Below, one piece after another: positions 1 to 13,100 of a DNA stretch of 64,000 nt. The translations under genes were made by a program, and so were the position numbers. Position 1 is the stretch's first letter, and the number at the start of each line of letters is the position of its first letter. Source of the stretch: Lama glama (Eukaryota); NCBI GenBank assembly GCA_028534125.1, contig CM052821.1, positions 4,650,001 to 4,714,000 on the forward strand. The letters run 5' to 3'. A model generated the notes under the pieces. It was not told the origin of the DNA. It searched no databases and was given only the letters and a program-made list of their open reading frames with translations.

Positions 1-383
1 TAGATAAGAGGACCCTGGGGTTTCGGGTGCTGTGCAGTCTTGGCAGGTCCATAGGGAGATGGAGGAGCTGGGGTCCAGGCCCTCTGGCCCCTGCCCCTTC
101 CCAGAAATGACTCTGGTTCCTCCTCCTAATAACAGGGGAAAGTAGCAGAGGAGAGAGTCGGGGGAGGAGAGGAGGGGTTGTGTTAGTGACAGCGGCACAT
201 GGGGACCGCCTGACTCCAGCCTGTGAGTCTGGCATTTGTGGCATCTTCTGAGATATAAATACAACCCAGGGGGCATCTACCCCACCCCTAGCCAGCCCCT
301 GACCAGCCGGGATCCTTCCTGCCTGGGGAGACAGGAAAAGAGCTGGGGGCCACCCTGAACGGCCTCTCCTTTCCCCTCCACAG

Positions 384-1379
384 GGTCAGCGTGCTGGTGG
401 GAGCGCCCAAGGCGAACACCAGCCAGCCGGGGGTGCTGCAGGGTGGTGCTGTCTACCTCTGTCCCTGGGGCACCAGCCCGGCACAGTGCACCCCCATTGA
501 ATTCGACGGCAAAGGTAACCGCCTTCGTACGTCGGGGAGGTTCAGGGAGGGACTAAGGGGTGGGACTGCAGCTTGGGGGCGGGGCGGGGCGGGGCGGGGC
601 CTGAGTGAGGGGCGGAGCCTGACCTGTTCCAGAGCAATGTGCTTTGGGGGTCCGGCTCCAGCTCTGGGTAGCGGTGCAGCAGCTCCCCGTGGCACTCACA
701 CCACGTTCCCAGTCTAGCCCAGCCCAAGGAGGGAGGGCATGATTCAGAAACATGTGGCTCGCATTTTCCTTGAATCACCCGCAACTCAAGGAGGCCAGAG
801 CAGTAACACAGACAAAGACAGGGAGAGTCACAGAGACTATTCGATTCGTTTAAGTACTGACTAAGTAATAATGCACGCCAGGCACTGTGCTGGTGCTGCC
901 GGGGATTGAAACATGATTAAGCCATCGCCCTCAAGGGGCTTAAGGTCTGGGCTAGACGCAGAGATGGACGGGAGGGATCCAGGCAGACCGAGAGGTAAAC
1001 AATAATGATAGCTAACACTTCAAGAGCACTTCCTGCGTGCTAGGCACTTTACATCTATTAATGCACTTTTTAATCCTTTCAACGACGGCGTGAGATACTA
1101 TTACCCCATTTTATCGGTGAGGAAACAGACAACATCACACAGCTAGTAAATGGTGGAGCACAGACATGAACTTGAGCAGTTTGGCTCCAGAGAGAGGCTG
1201 GGGTGAGGGGACAAAAGAGGAGCGCATCCAAGATGGCGACAGTGCCGGGAGAGACAGTGTAAGAGCATGAAATGGACTAATTTTTTAAAAACTTGAAAGA
1301 CAGAGGAATAGAAAAGGCTGTCCTATACCACAGAGGACAGAGAGGGTGTGGAAGGAGAGAGACAGCCAGACAGATGCAC

Positions 1380-1410
<31 letters not shown>

Positions 1411-4400
1411 GCAGAGATCCAGAGGTGTGAGGAAGGTCAAGGTCAAGGACGTTGAACAGATGCTGCTAGAGAGCCAGGCCGAGGTACAGACAGAGAAGTG
1501 CAGCCAGAGGCTCACCCTGCTGGGAAATAGCCGTTCTTCCCCACTTCACCACATGCATCCTGGTCCCAGCTGGGCGGGGAGGCAAGTGGACCAGGGCAAA
1601 GCAACTCTAGGAAACCCCAGGTTCTGTGTGAGCGTGTGTGAGCTCAAACGTGTGCACATGAGGCTGGGGGTGGGGGGCTGCTCTAAGGCTCAGCTGCCCG
1701 AGGCTGGCATGCCTCCCCTTTCTCACTTCTCCAAGGCTCTCGAATCCTGGAGTCCTCGCTGTCCAGCCCAGAGGGAGAGGAGCCCGTGGAGTACAAGTCC
1801 TTGCAGTGGTTTGGAGCAACGGTGCGAGCCCACGGCTCCTCCATTTTGGTGAGGGCCCAGCAGGCTCAGTGGCAGGGTGGGCCGGGTTGGATACAGCAGG
1901 GAGGGAGAGAGGAGAGTCCCTGTTGGACTAAACCTGAAGCCCTCTCCTCCTGGGCCCTCCCAGGCCTGTGCACCCCTCTACAGCTGGCGCACTGAGAAGG
2001 AGCCCCTGAACGATCCCGTGGGAACCTGCTACCTCTCCACAGGCAACTTCACCCGAATTCTGGAGTATGCACCCTGCCGCTCAGGTAGGGCCAGAGGGGA
2101 CATGTGAGTCCCCACAGCCCCCCACCCCCCGTTAGCCTGGATGCGGACTGTCCCGTCCAGGGAAGTCCTTTCTCTGTTCTCCTCCCCACCTCCTTCCCCA
2201 AGCTCTCTGTTTCTTCCCTGCACGACCCCTCTGTGCGGAGCACCTTCCCACCACCTTCTCCCCTTGCAGATTTCAGCTGGGCAGCGGGACAGGGCTACTG
2301 CCAAGGGGGCTTCAGTGCGGAGTTCACCAAGGTGAGAGGGTGATCTGGGAGGAAAGCCGTGGTGGGTGGTGGATACAAGGGAATCTGGATCAGATGTGGA
2401 CATCCCTCTTCCCCCTCCACAGACTGGACGTGTGGTCCTGGGTGGACCAGGGAGCTATTTCTGGCAAGGTAAGTCCTCCCTCTGCTACCCCTTTATCCCC
2501 GGCACACGGCCTCCCATCCCTCTCCCAGCTCAAGATCATCATCCTTCCCTCCTCTGCCCCTGTCCCAACTCTCTCCCTTTCTTGAGGCTTAACCATCCTC
2601 TCCCACCGCCCTCCACAAGCTTCACCTCCTTGAACCAGGCTTCTGAAATCCTACCCAGCCAGTCTCCAGGGCCCTCCTCCCTGCCCCCTCTGCCTCCAGC
2701 CATCCCCTCCTCATCCCTTCCCCAGGCCAGATCCTGTCCGCCACCCAGGAGCAGATTGCAGAATCCTACTACCCTGAGTACCTGATCAACCTGGTTCAGG
2801 GGCAGCTGCAGACACGCCAGGCCAGTTCCGTCTATGATGACAGCTACCTTGGTGAGCAAGCAAATGTGGAGGGAGCTGCAGGTGGAGAACCTCCCATGCC
2901 CCTTCTCATGTCCTCGCTCACCCCTTCGCCTCCCTTCTCCCGCTCAGGCCTCCCCAGCCCCCTGCCATATGTGTCACATTGGGGCTGACTATGAAGGCCC
3001 AGTATGGGTGGGGAAGGGATTGGAGGAGACCAGGGCAGAGGGTCCCCGAAGCAAGAACACCAATACCCCCCAACCCTGTTCCCCAGGATACTCTGTGGCT
3101 GTGGGTGAATTCAGTGGTGATGACATGGAAGGTGAGTTTGTCCCCAGGCTGGGGCCCAGGGAGGGGGGTGGATGGAGACCCGGGACCTGAGGCCACAGGA
3201 ACTGAGACACCTACCGTTTTTGTCTGTCTCCCCTTTCCCTGCCCTCAGCCTACAACTTTATCTTCCCTTTGCAGACTTCGTTGCTGGTGTGCCCAAAGGG
3301 AACCTCACCTATGGTTATGTAAGACCCAGCCTGACCCTCCCTCCCCTCCCCTCCCCTGGCTAATCACAAAGACCGTGCATGGCAGCTTGGGAGGGTTGAA
3401 AAAGTGGATCAGAACATGGGCTCCTGGGTCAGGCCAGTGTTCAGGTTCTGGCACTTACTCTGGATGAATCAAGCTGTTATTTTTTCCTACCCCCACTTCA
3501 TTCCATAAAAACCTTGGGTCTGCTTAACCTCTCTGAGCCTCATTCTTCTCTACATAATGAGATAATAATAGTTCTGACCTCACAAGGCTCTTGTAAGGAT
3601 GATGTGAGATAATGCATATGAAAGTACTTGGTGAACTGTTAGGCAGGGTGCAACTGGTAGCTGTTATTATTAGACCCCAGCAAGTGCTTTTAAAAGGATA
3701 TAGATAAGAGGGCCATAGGAGTCCTTTCAATTACCAACATTTATTAAGGCAAGGGAGGGATAAGCAAATGAATGAGACGTCACACCCCATCTCATAAGGC
3801 GCTTCTAATCAAGGACGAAAGATAAGACACACGCACAATTGGAATCTAAGGTGCATTCTGTTCACGAGCCCCTCAGTGCGTCAGTCACTGTCCACTCATG
3901 ATTTCTTTTTTTTTTCCACTCGTGATTTCTATTCTTCACAACAAGCTTATCAGGGTAGCTATTACCATCCACATTTTACACAGGAGAAAGCTGAGGCTCT
4001 AAGAGACCAAAGAAGTTGTTTAAGATCACCCAGTTAGTAGGTGGCTGGTTAGAGATTTAAAACCAGATCTGTCTTATTCCAAAGTCAGCATTCTTTCTGC
4101 ACTATAATGTGTTTCAGGAAAGTGGTAAAGATGATGAGCAGTGTAGGAGAAGGAATAACCGCCCTTCCAGGGCAGCGATGGATCAGCAGAGTTTCTCTGA
4201 GGTGTCAGTGGAAATGAGGAGAGAGGGCATCCTAGACAGGAGCATGGAAGGAAAAGGGGGAAATTTAGGCCAATTTAACAGACTCATGGGCTGACTGAGG
4301 ACAAGGAGAATAAGGCAAGTTTGGGCAAAACCAGATAGGCTGGGGCCAGATTCTCCAGGACCTCAGAGGACCAGCCAAGAAGTTGAGACAGGGCAGTGGC

Positions 4401-7400
4401 TGCAGGGAACCAGCATGGGTTTCCAAGCCAGAGGTGCCCCTTCGAGATGGGCTCTGGGGCGATCCGTCCTGCTGCAGAGGGGGAAGGGCACAGAAGGCAA
4501 GGGGAGGCAGGGGGCCCTCCAGCAGCCCTGGGAGAGGGCTCACACCTGAGGAACTGCAGCTAGAGTGGGGAGGAGAGTGAAGAGTCAAGAGACTCAGGGG
4601 ACTGGTAGGGCCAGTCACTAAGAGCGGACATGGTGACACGAGTGTGTGTGGTTTGGGAGGACTTGAGAGGTGAGGCCTCAATCATTCAGCTAATAACTGT
4701 TGAGGGTCTGCTGCTCACCAAGCACTACTTTAGGCTCTGGGGAGAAAGCCAAAAACAAAAACAAGCTCCTGCCCCCATCAATCTGACATTCAAGTGGGTA
4801 GACATGGACAACAGCAAGATAAGTGTGAAGTCTGTCAGTATGTGATAAGTGACATGGGGTAAAGTGGTGAAGTTGCCCTGGGATGGAGGTGCCCAGTGTA
4901 GAGAAGGGAATGCGAGGCAAAGCAAAGGAGGGAATTAGGGGACAAGTGGGTCTCCAAGGATTGCCTGCCCCTGGGTATCCTGTACCCATTTGTCTTCCAT
5001 CCATGGGCTAGTCTGGTAATCTGGGACCAATGGATGTATGTCCTCATCCCCAGGTCACCATCCTTAATGGCTCAGACATCCGGTCCCTCTACAACTTCTC
5101 AGGGGAACAGGTGAGGACAACCCCCATTTGCAGCCGAGCTTGGCACTCTGTCAGCCAAGTCCTGGCCCTGAGCTAGTAAGCTCAGCCCAAGTTCTCAGGC
5201 CCCCTGGAGTCTCTGCCTAGTTCTGACCCAGTGCTGCCTCTTGTCCCCCACCCCAGATGGCCTCCTACTTTGGCTACGCGGTGGCTGCCACAGACACCAA
5301 TGGGGACGGGTGAGTAGTGGGGGAAGGGAACCACACAGTGCCCTCTTCACCTCTAGGAGGGAAGGGTTGTGGGGAGGACAGGAAAATGCAAACCTGGATT
5401 CTCCTCCTTGTGCCTGCATCCCCTCTGCTCAGGGGCAAGGAGAGAGCTGAGAGCTAGAGACCAGGAGACCTTGGGTCTCTCACTTGGGTGGGAGGGAGCC
5501 CGGGATCCGGGATGCCTGGGATTTCCTGGCACTGGGATCGAGGACGGGATGGGGCGAGGCAGGGTCTCAGGATGCCTGGTTTTTCCCACATCCCCAGGCT
5601 GGATGACTTGCTGGTAGGGGCGCCCCTGCTCATGGAGCGGACGGCAGATGGGCGGCCACAGGAGGTGGGCAGAGTCTACCTCTACCTGCAGGGCCCCGCC
5701 GGCATGGAGCCCACGCCCACCCTTACCCTCACTGGCCATGACGAGTTTGGTCGGTTCGGCAGCTCCCTGACCCCGCTGGGGGACCTGGACCAGGATGGCT
5801 ATAACGGTGAGCACCGTGGGCTCCAGCTGGTGAGGAGGAGTCAGGGGCCTGAGTCAGAAGGGATGTGAGGAGAGATCGCTGTCAGATAAAATACCCAGAC
5901 CCCCAGTGACGTCCCAGTCAAGTCTTGGGGCTTGAAGAGATTAGAATACTAGAAATGACAGATGGGGAAAATAGGGTCCTGGGGTCTGGTGGTAAGATTT
6001 GGACTCCTGGCCTGCTGACTGGTGTGTGTCGTGTGTCTTGCAGATGTAGCCATTGGCGCTGCCTTTGGTGGGGAGAACCGGCAGGGAGTGGTGTTTGTAT
6101 TCCCTGGGGAGCCCAGGGGCCTGGCCTCTAAGCCTTCCCAGGTTCTGCTGCCCCTGTGGGCAGCCGGCCACACCCCGGACTTCTTTGGCTCTGCCCTTCG
6201 AGGAGGCCGCGACCTGGATGGCAACGGATACCCTGGTGAGTTGTGCCTGAGGCCTCTTTAGAACTCCGTGGTCACAGACCCCCAGCCCCTCCAATGCACT
6301 TTCCTAAGCTCCCGGGTGCAGTTCCAGGATGGTGCCACCAGACGGCGCTGTCCTGTCTCTTCGGCCTCCCTGAGCAGTGAAACTAGAAGGGGTTGGGAGG
6401 GAAGGATCCTGATTTGGGGCTTGCTGTAAAGGGTAGTTTCCTGGCTTCTTGCAGATCTAATTGTGGGGTCCTTTGGTGTGGACAAGGCTGTGGTGTACAG
6501 GTATGAACTCAGGCAGGGGGGCAGCCTGGGGGAAGTGGGGAACTGAGGGATTTCTCAATAGGGCTAAGTTTGGGAAAGTGTAGAAACTGGGATCCTGAGG
6601 CTCGGGCATCAGCTTCCTGTGCCCAGGTTCCCCAGGAGTCTTAGTTCTTTGACCCCATGTCGACTCTTGGCAGGGGTCGCCCCATCGTGTCTGCCAGTGC
6701 CTCTCTCACCATCTTTCCCGCCATGTTCAACCCGGAGGAGCGCAGCTGCAGCTTGGAGGGAAACCCTGTGGCTTGGTGAGCGGGGGTCCAGGAGATGGCG
6801 GGGATGGAGTCTGCAGTACCTCATCTGTGCCTAGGAGTGGGGAGGGAGACCAGGTCTGTGGAAGGGGACCAAGGGGGCTGTCCTAGTCTGGGTCTGTCTG
6901 GGAGGTAGGGAGAGGGGAGGATGCCTGTTTCCATTGGATACATCAGCTTTCCCTTCGGTCTTCCTCCAGCATCAACCTCAGCTTCTGCCTCAATGCTTCT
7001 GGAAAACATGTTCCCAACTCCATCGGTGAGGGAGACAGCCTGAACCTCTCAAGCACTTGGGACAGGAGATGGAGGGGTGGGGACCTGGGCACCTCTTCTC
7101 TGGATCGACTAGGAAGGTGAGGAAGGTTCTCCTTAACATGCGTGCCTGGCTGCAGGCTTCACGGTGGAGCTCCAGTTGGACTGGCAGAAGCAGAAGGGAG
7201 GAGTGCGGCGGGCGCTGTTCCTGGCATCCAGACAGGCGACCCTGACCCAGACCCTGCTCATTCAGAATGGGGCCCGGGAAGACTGCAGAGAGATGAAGAT
7301 CTACCTCAGGGTATGGGTGACTGGGAAGGTGGCCACATAGATCTGGGGGCCCCTTCTGGAGGGAAAGATATTGGAAGATTCCCATGAAGGGCTTGGGACT

Positions 7401-10400
7401 TTGGGGGGCTGGCGAAGGGGGCCCTTCCATCAGAGGAGCTGGGAACCAGGCTGCCTCTGAAACAATGAACATGATCAGGTTTGGACACCTGAATTCTTGA
7501 GGGCCCCGAGTGGACAAAGATGTGAGAGGATGAGAAGCAGGGCCCCCAGGGTCCCCTGACTCTGTGAACCCTCTCCTCTGGCCCCAGAACGAGTCAGAGT
7601 TCCGAGACAAACTCTCCCCAATTCACATCGCCCTCAACTTCTCCCTGGACCCCCAAGCCCCTGTGGACAGCCATGGCCTCCGGCCAGTCCTCCATTACCA
7701 GAGCAAAAACCGCATAGAGGACAAGGTGAGGACAGGGTGGGGAGACGGGCTGGGAGGAGAGGGCCTGGGACCCCGGGGGTCAGGGCTCTGGAGAAGGGAG
7801 TCAACCGTCGGGAGGGGGTCAAAACTCCCCCTCTCAAGGCTCCCTGCCCCCCAGGCTCAAATCTTGCTGGACTGTGGAGAAGACAATATCTGTGTGCCAG
7901 ACCTACAGCTGGAGGTGTTCGGGTAAGTGAAGGCTGACGTCATGTTGGGAAGTTCAGATGCCAAGGTCTTGTAGCAGGACACGTGGAGCTTGGAAGCACT
8001 TGGCTCGCAAAAAAGTAGAACAGGGACATATTAGCTGGCAGCGTGACCTTGGGAAATTACTCAACTTCTCTGAGCTTCAGCTGCTTCACCTGTATAGTGG
8101 GGCTAATAGCACCTATTTCTCTGGCTTTGTAGAGGGATCACATGAAATAATCTACACAAAACGTCTAGCCTGCTGCCTGCCATAGAGGCGGGACTCCATA
8201 AACGGTGCCTCATACTTAGTATATTATTACGGATATAGCCCACTGTCCTGGCTTGGGGGTTAATTCTTCACTGTCCCTGACCCTCTGTGTCCCCACCAGG
8301 GAGCAGAACCACGTGTACCTGGGCGACAAGAACTCTCTGAACCTCACTTTTCACGCCCAGAACGTGGGTGAGGGTGGAGCCTATGAGGCGGAGCTTCGAG
8401 TCACGGCCCCTCCGGAAGCTGAGTACTCGGGACTCGTCAGACACCCAGGGGTGAGAGGGGACTCCTGGCGGGGCTGGGGAGGTGACACTGCCAGAGAGAC
8501 ACCAAAACCTTACCTGCGCCCACCCCACCTCCAGAACTTCTCCAGCCTGAGCTGTGACTACTTTGCTGTGAACCAGAGCCGCCTGCTGGTGTGTGACCTG
8601 GGCAACCCCATGAAGGCCGGAGCCAGTGTGAGTCTGGGACGGGAGAGGCCCCGAGAGGACAGTAACGGGCTCATTCAGAGCAGAGCTGTGGGATCGGCAG
8701 GGAAGGCTGCCTAGTGAGGCTGAGGCAAAAACCCAATCTAACAGCCCCCTCATCCTCCCTCCGTGTCCCACAGCTCTGGGGAGGCCTTCGGTTCACCGTC
8801 CCTCACCTCAGGGACACGAAGGAGACCATCCAGTTTGACTTTCAGATCCTCAGGTAGGGAGTGGGTGGGGCCAGGCTGAGTTGGAGGCGGGGCTGAGGAG
8901 GGCGGGGCCGGGGCGGGGCCTGAGGCAGATGGAATTCTTCCTGGCTTGGCTCCAGCACCTTCTCTGTCTCTCCTCCATCCCACAGCAAGAACCTCAACAA
9001 CTCTCAAAGCGAAGTGGTTTCCTTCCGGCTCTCGGTGGAGGCTCAGGCCCAGGTCTCCCTGAACGGGTCAGTGCCCGGGCAAAATGGGCCTCTCCGGGAG
9101 GGGAGGCAGACTTCTAGGAAAAGATGTATATGGAATGGAGTCCCTTCCACTGTTCTCTAAACCACCTTCCTCTTTAGTGTCTCCAAACCTGAGGCAGTGC
9201 TATTCCCGGTCAACGACTGGCATCCCCGAGACCAACCACAGGAGGAGGGGGACGTGGGCCCTGCTGTCCACCACGTCTATGAGGTGAGGAGCAATAGAGG
9301 CAGGAAGGGCCAGATCCTAGGCGGGTGACCGCGAGTGGGGGGCGTGGCCAGATGAATGACAGGGAAGGAGGAGCTGGTATGAGTGACAGATGGCTGGGAC
9401 AAGGACTGAAAGGAAGAGAGGGGGAGGGTGGAGGGAGAGGTAAACCCTGGCCAGTTGAATAACTTAGCAGGGAAGGATGGAGCCACCTCCAGGACTATTG
9501 CCTGGAGAAGAGTGTCTCTGCCTGTTGATTTCCTTCCTCACTCCTGAGATGGGAGACTCGCAACAGGGAAGAGGGGTCCCTCAGGACTCAGGTCTCAGTA
9601 GGGCAGAATCGCTACCTCCCTTCCCGTGATGATTGTGCCCTCCTCTCCTCAGCTCATCAACCTGGGCCCCAGCTCCATTAGCCGGGGTGTGCTGGAGCTC
9701 AGCTGTCCCCAGGCTCTGGAAGGTCAGCAGCTCCTCTACATTACCAAGGTCACAGGACTCAGCAACTGCACCACCAGTCACCCCCCCAACCCACAGGGCC
9801 TGGAGGTGAGGTGGCCTGGGGGTGGGGGGAACCAAGGCCGAGGGTGGTTGGGGAAGATCGCTGGGGGCCTGGAAGAGCCAAAAAGGAAGGGCCTGGAGTG
9901 GAGCTAGGACTTAGGCCACTGGAAGAGGGGTCGGGGGAACACAGACACCTTGAGGCTGTGGGAGGGAAAGACTGTACTTCTGTCTTTCTACCTGAAATGT
10001 CCTCCCCTTACTTCTGGCCTGGGCATACTCCTAAGTCCCAGGTCGGTGCCACCTCCTCTGGAAGGCCTTCAGACCCACTCCCCTGGGCCCAATGCCTGTT
10101 TTAAAGTTTGTTTATTCATAAACAACATTTAAATTAAATGAGTGCCTGCACCAAATGATGCTACAGATGTTACAGGCTCGGGAAATAGCACACTGAACCA
10201 AACTCACAAGGTCCCCACTCTCAGGGAGCTGACATTTTAGTGGAGGATAATAGACAATAAAAATTAAAAAGAGAGGGAGAGAGAGGTACAGGTATTAAGA
10301 TGTGTTGAAAGCACAGTGCTAACCTGCTGGGGTGGGGTGGGACCAAGCCTGTTTAAGTTGAGTTATCAGGGAGAAACCTCTTGAGGAGGGAACAGGGTGA

Positions 10401-13100
10401 ACTGAGGCCTGAAAGAGAAGGATGAACCTGTTTGTGAAGACTCAGGGAAGAGCACTTCAAGCAGAGGGAACAGCCAGTGTAAAGGCCCCAAGGCAGGGAC
10501 GGAGCCCTAATTACTTACTGACACATCCCCTCCTTGTAAACTGCAAGGACCAAGTCTTACTCGCTTCCGTGTTTCAGCACTGAACTTAATGCCTTGCCAT
10601 AGGAGGTGGTCAGTTGGATGGATGGAAGACCAAGTCAAGGCTGCTCTGGACCCCTGGTGCAGGCTGACTGAGATGCTGTAATGAGGTGGGAGAGGCAGCT
10701 AACAATTGTTTCCTCTTCCAGTTGGATCCTGAGGGCTCCCAGCACCACCGGCTGCAAAGACGGGATGCTCCAGGCCGGAGCCCTGCCTCCTCAGGGCCTC
10801 AGATCCTGGTAAGTCGTCCTGGGACCAAGATCAGGGCCTAAGCGTTGAGTACCTTCCTGGGGCCTCAGAGCCATCAGAAGGGCAGGACTCTGGTTCCAGC
10901 CTCTGCTTTCTTCCCAGAAATGCCCAGAGGCTGAGTGTTTCAAACTGCGCTGCGAGCTGGGGCCACTCCACCGGCAAGAGAGCCGAAGTCTGCAACTGCA
11001 TTTCCGCGTCTGGACCAAGACCTTCCTGCAGGTAAGGGAGCCTCACCTCAGCCCTGGCCCCCGGCCTGTGGGCCTGCCTGGACTGACCCTCCCTTTCCCC
11101 ACTGCCCTAGCCACCCGCTTTGGTGACTGGGACCCAGACAGCCCAGCTCCCCTCCCTCACCCTTGTTTAGACAAGGCTGTGTCCTTGGCGCCCCCTAGTG
11201 ACCACACTGGGGCTGACAGCTTCCCCTCCTGCCCATTCAGAGGAGGGAGGGCTGGAGGGAGACGTGCGGGAAAACAGAAAAGGAAGATGAATCCACCTTG
11301 AAGAGGCAGGCAGATGGAGGAACAGTAAAGAGTAGTCATTACTGAGTGCACACTATAGGCCGGGCATTTTCCTGGGTGCTTAACACATTAATGATTCAAA
11401 AAAATTTTTGTATTGATGTTACCTAATTATACATTATTCAGTTATAACTATTCAGTTATAAATTTATTATCTCATGTAAGGAACATAGAGAGGGATTCAG
11501 GAGAGAATGCGTCCAAAATAGGAAAAGACCATAACTGGAGCCAGACCATGGGGAGCCCTGTGTCCTCTAGGTGCCAAGAGGCGCTGCCCTGAACACCTTT
11601 CCCCCACCCGCAGCGCGAGCACCAGCCATTTAGCCTGCAGTGTGAAGCTGTGTACGAAGCCCTGAAGATGCCCTACCGGATCCTGCCTCGACAGCTTCCC
11701 CGAAAGGAGCTTCAGGTGAATTCAGGGGCCTGGGCCAAGGAAGACAGAATGCCAGGCCTGGTGCTAGGACTGGGGCATGAGTAGAGGCTGGCCTGATTAT
11801 GGTAACAAATATTTATTGAGCCTCTACTATGTGCCAGGCACTGTGCTAGGTCACAGGAATGCGATGATAAGCAAGATGGACAGGGGAGTGAGACGTGTGC
11901 CAAGTGGCAGGATGTTTGTGGAAACACATCATAGGGACAACTGAACACAGGTTTGCAGGGTCAGGAAAGGCCTCCTGGAAGAAGTGATGTTTAAACTGAG
12001 ACCTGAAGAATAAGTAGGAACCACCAGGCTAACCAGTGAGGAGAGGGATGTTCCCTGGGGAGAGGGAATTAGCCGGCGTGAAGACCCAAAAGTGAGAGAC
12101 GATCATGCCCACTTTAGGAATTTGAATTTTGAAGTTCAGAATTCTGTTAGCCCAAGATGGGAGGGGAGAGGTGGGTCTCGGTCCAATGGCAAGTGGGAGC
12201 CGAGTGGAGGGGGAGAAGAACTAATGGCTTTTCAGTGACGTCTCCAGACTTGCTCCCCAGGTGGCCACGGCTGTGCAGTGGACGAAGGCCGAAGGCAGCC
12301 ACGGCGCCCCGCTGTGGGTCATCATCCTCGCGGTCCTTGTTGGCCTCCTGCTCCTCGGTCTGCTCATCTATATCCTCTACAAGGTCAACCGCATCCTGCC
12401 CATGACTTGGCCACCCTCCCATCAAGTCCTGCCCTTGACCCAGCACAGTCTCCAGCATCTGCCTCCAGACCAGTTCTCTGGCCACACGCCCCCACCTCTC
12501 CCCAGCCACACGCATCCCATCTTGACACCGCCTCCAGGATCTTTTCCTTCATTTTACAGCCCCTAACTTAGAAAGAGTTCTCCTGACTCAAGCTGATAAG
12601 TTTGCCAGTACTTTAAAAGTCAGTGTTACTCACAGGCGGCCAATATGTAGCATTTGTGCTGTCACTTCCTGCAGAAACCCATGGCAGCCATCACTAATTG
12701 ATCATACCCGAGAAGTCACCTCAGACTCCTCAAGAGGCAGCCACTACGAGGCAATGAGACTTCAAACTTGAGTTCAAACCGATTTGCCACGCCTGGTTGA
12801 ACTGGGGGCATTTTTATGGCACCAAAGCACCCTCACCCTTAGCCCTCCTGGCCCACCGGACTTCTTGGAGAGATAGTCTTAACAGCCTGAATATGGGTCA
12901 GTTTTTTCAGATGGGGAGATTGGAAGCACTACTCCTCTTCACCTCCTCTTGGAATCCATTCTGGGGAGAAATGGGAACCAAAATATCTCAACTCTTCCTC
13001 TTTTTCCCCTCATTAGGTCGGATTCTTCAAACGCTCCCTCCCATACGGCACCGCTATGGAAAAAGCTCAGCTCAAGCCTCCAGCCACCTCTGATGCCTGA
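384..13100 (+). CDS. ITGA5: Integrin alpha-5 (fibronectin receptor alpha), exons 2-30, 5'-partial
   Basis: Hand-spliced GT-AG exons: 384-514, 1736-1848, 1964-2084, 2270-2331, 2423-2468, 2726-2851, 3087-3131, 3275-3318, 5054-5110, 5257-5309, 5598-5806, 6044-6235, 6455-6500, 6674-6775, 6970-7025, 7156-7310, 7588-7725, 7855-7922, 8300-8450, 8535-8627, 8774-8853, 8986-9066, 9178-9283, 9653-9805, 10722-10808, 10918-11031, 11614-11715, 12261-12383, 13017-13100. Total 2938 nt; frame consistent to TGA. Contains FG-GAP repeats (LVGAPKA, LLVGAPL), Ca-binding loops [18 protein letters not shown] and DLDGNGYPD, ligand loops DFSWAAGQG and YDDSY, the heavy/light-chain cleavage region HRLQRR-D, a TM helix and the tail [26 protein letters not shown] characteristic of alpha-5. 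Confidence 0.98.
576..600 (+). repeat. (GGGGC)5 tandem GC-box repeat
   Basis: Directly visible in ITGA5 intron 2. Confidence 0.9.
840..1192. mobile_element. L2 3' fragment followed by a MIR
   Basis: gccaggcactgtgctgg...ccctcaagggg (L2) and cccattttatcggtgaggaaacag...cacagctagtaaatggtggagc (MIR core). Confidence 0.7.
1380..1404. repeat. (AG)12 microsatellite
   Basis: Directly visible. Confidence 0.95.
3385..4105. mobile_element. Two MIR SINEs (about 3385-3670 and 3930-4105) in opposite orientations
   Basis: ttaacctctctgagcctcatt...ataataatagt; cattttacacaggagaaagctgaggctc...aagatcacccagttagt. Confidence 0.7.
8030..8230. mobile_element. MIR SINE
   Basis: gtgaccttgggaaattactcaacttctctgagcttcag...ctaatagcacctatttc. 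Confidence 0.75.
10110..10500. mobile_element. L2 LINE fragment
   Basis: ttattcataaacaacatt...gagctgacattttagtgg...agcagagggaacagccagtgtaaaggccc. Confidence 0.65.
11803..12120. mobile_element. L2 LINE fragment
   Basis: aacaaatatttattgagcctctactatgtgccaggcactgtgctagg...ggaagaagtgatgtttaaactgagacctgaag. Confidence 0.75.
12631..12795. mobile_element. MER117-like hAT-Charlie fossil in ITGA5 intron 29
   Basis: cccatggcagccatcactaattgatca...aggcagccactac...gatttgccacgcctg matches the MER117 consensus as recalled. Confidence 0.6.

Noticed and set aside
13017-13034. VGFFKR instead of human LGFFKR
   Set aside because: Conservative change; KVGFFKR is common in other integrin alpha tails.
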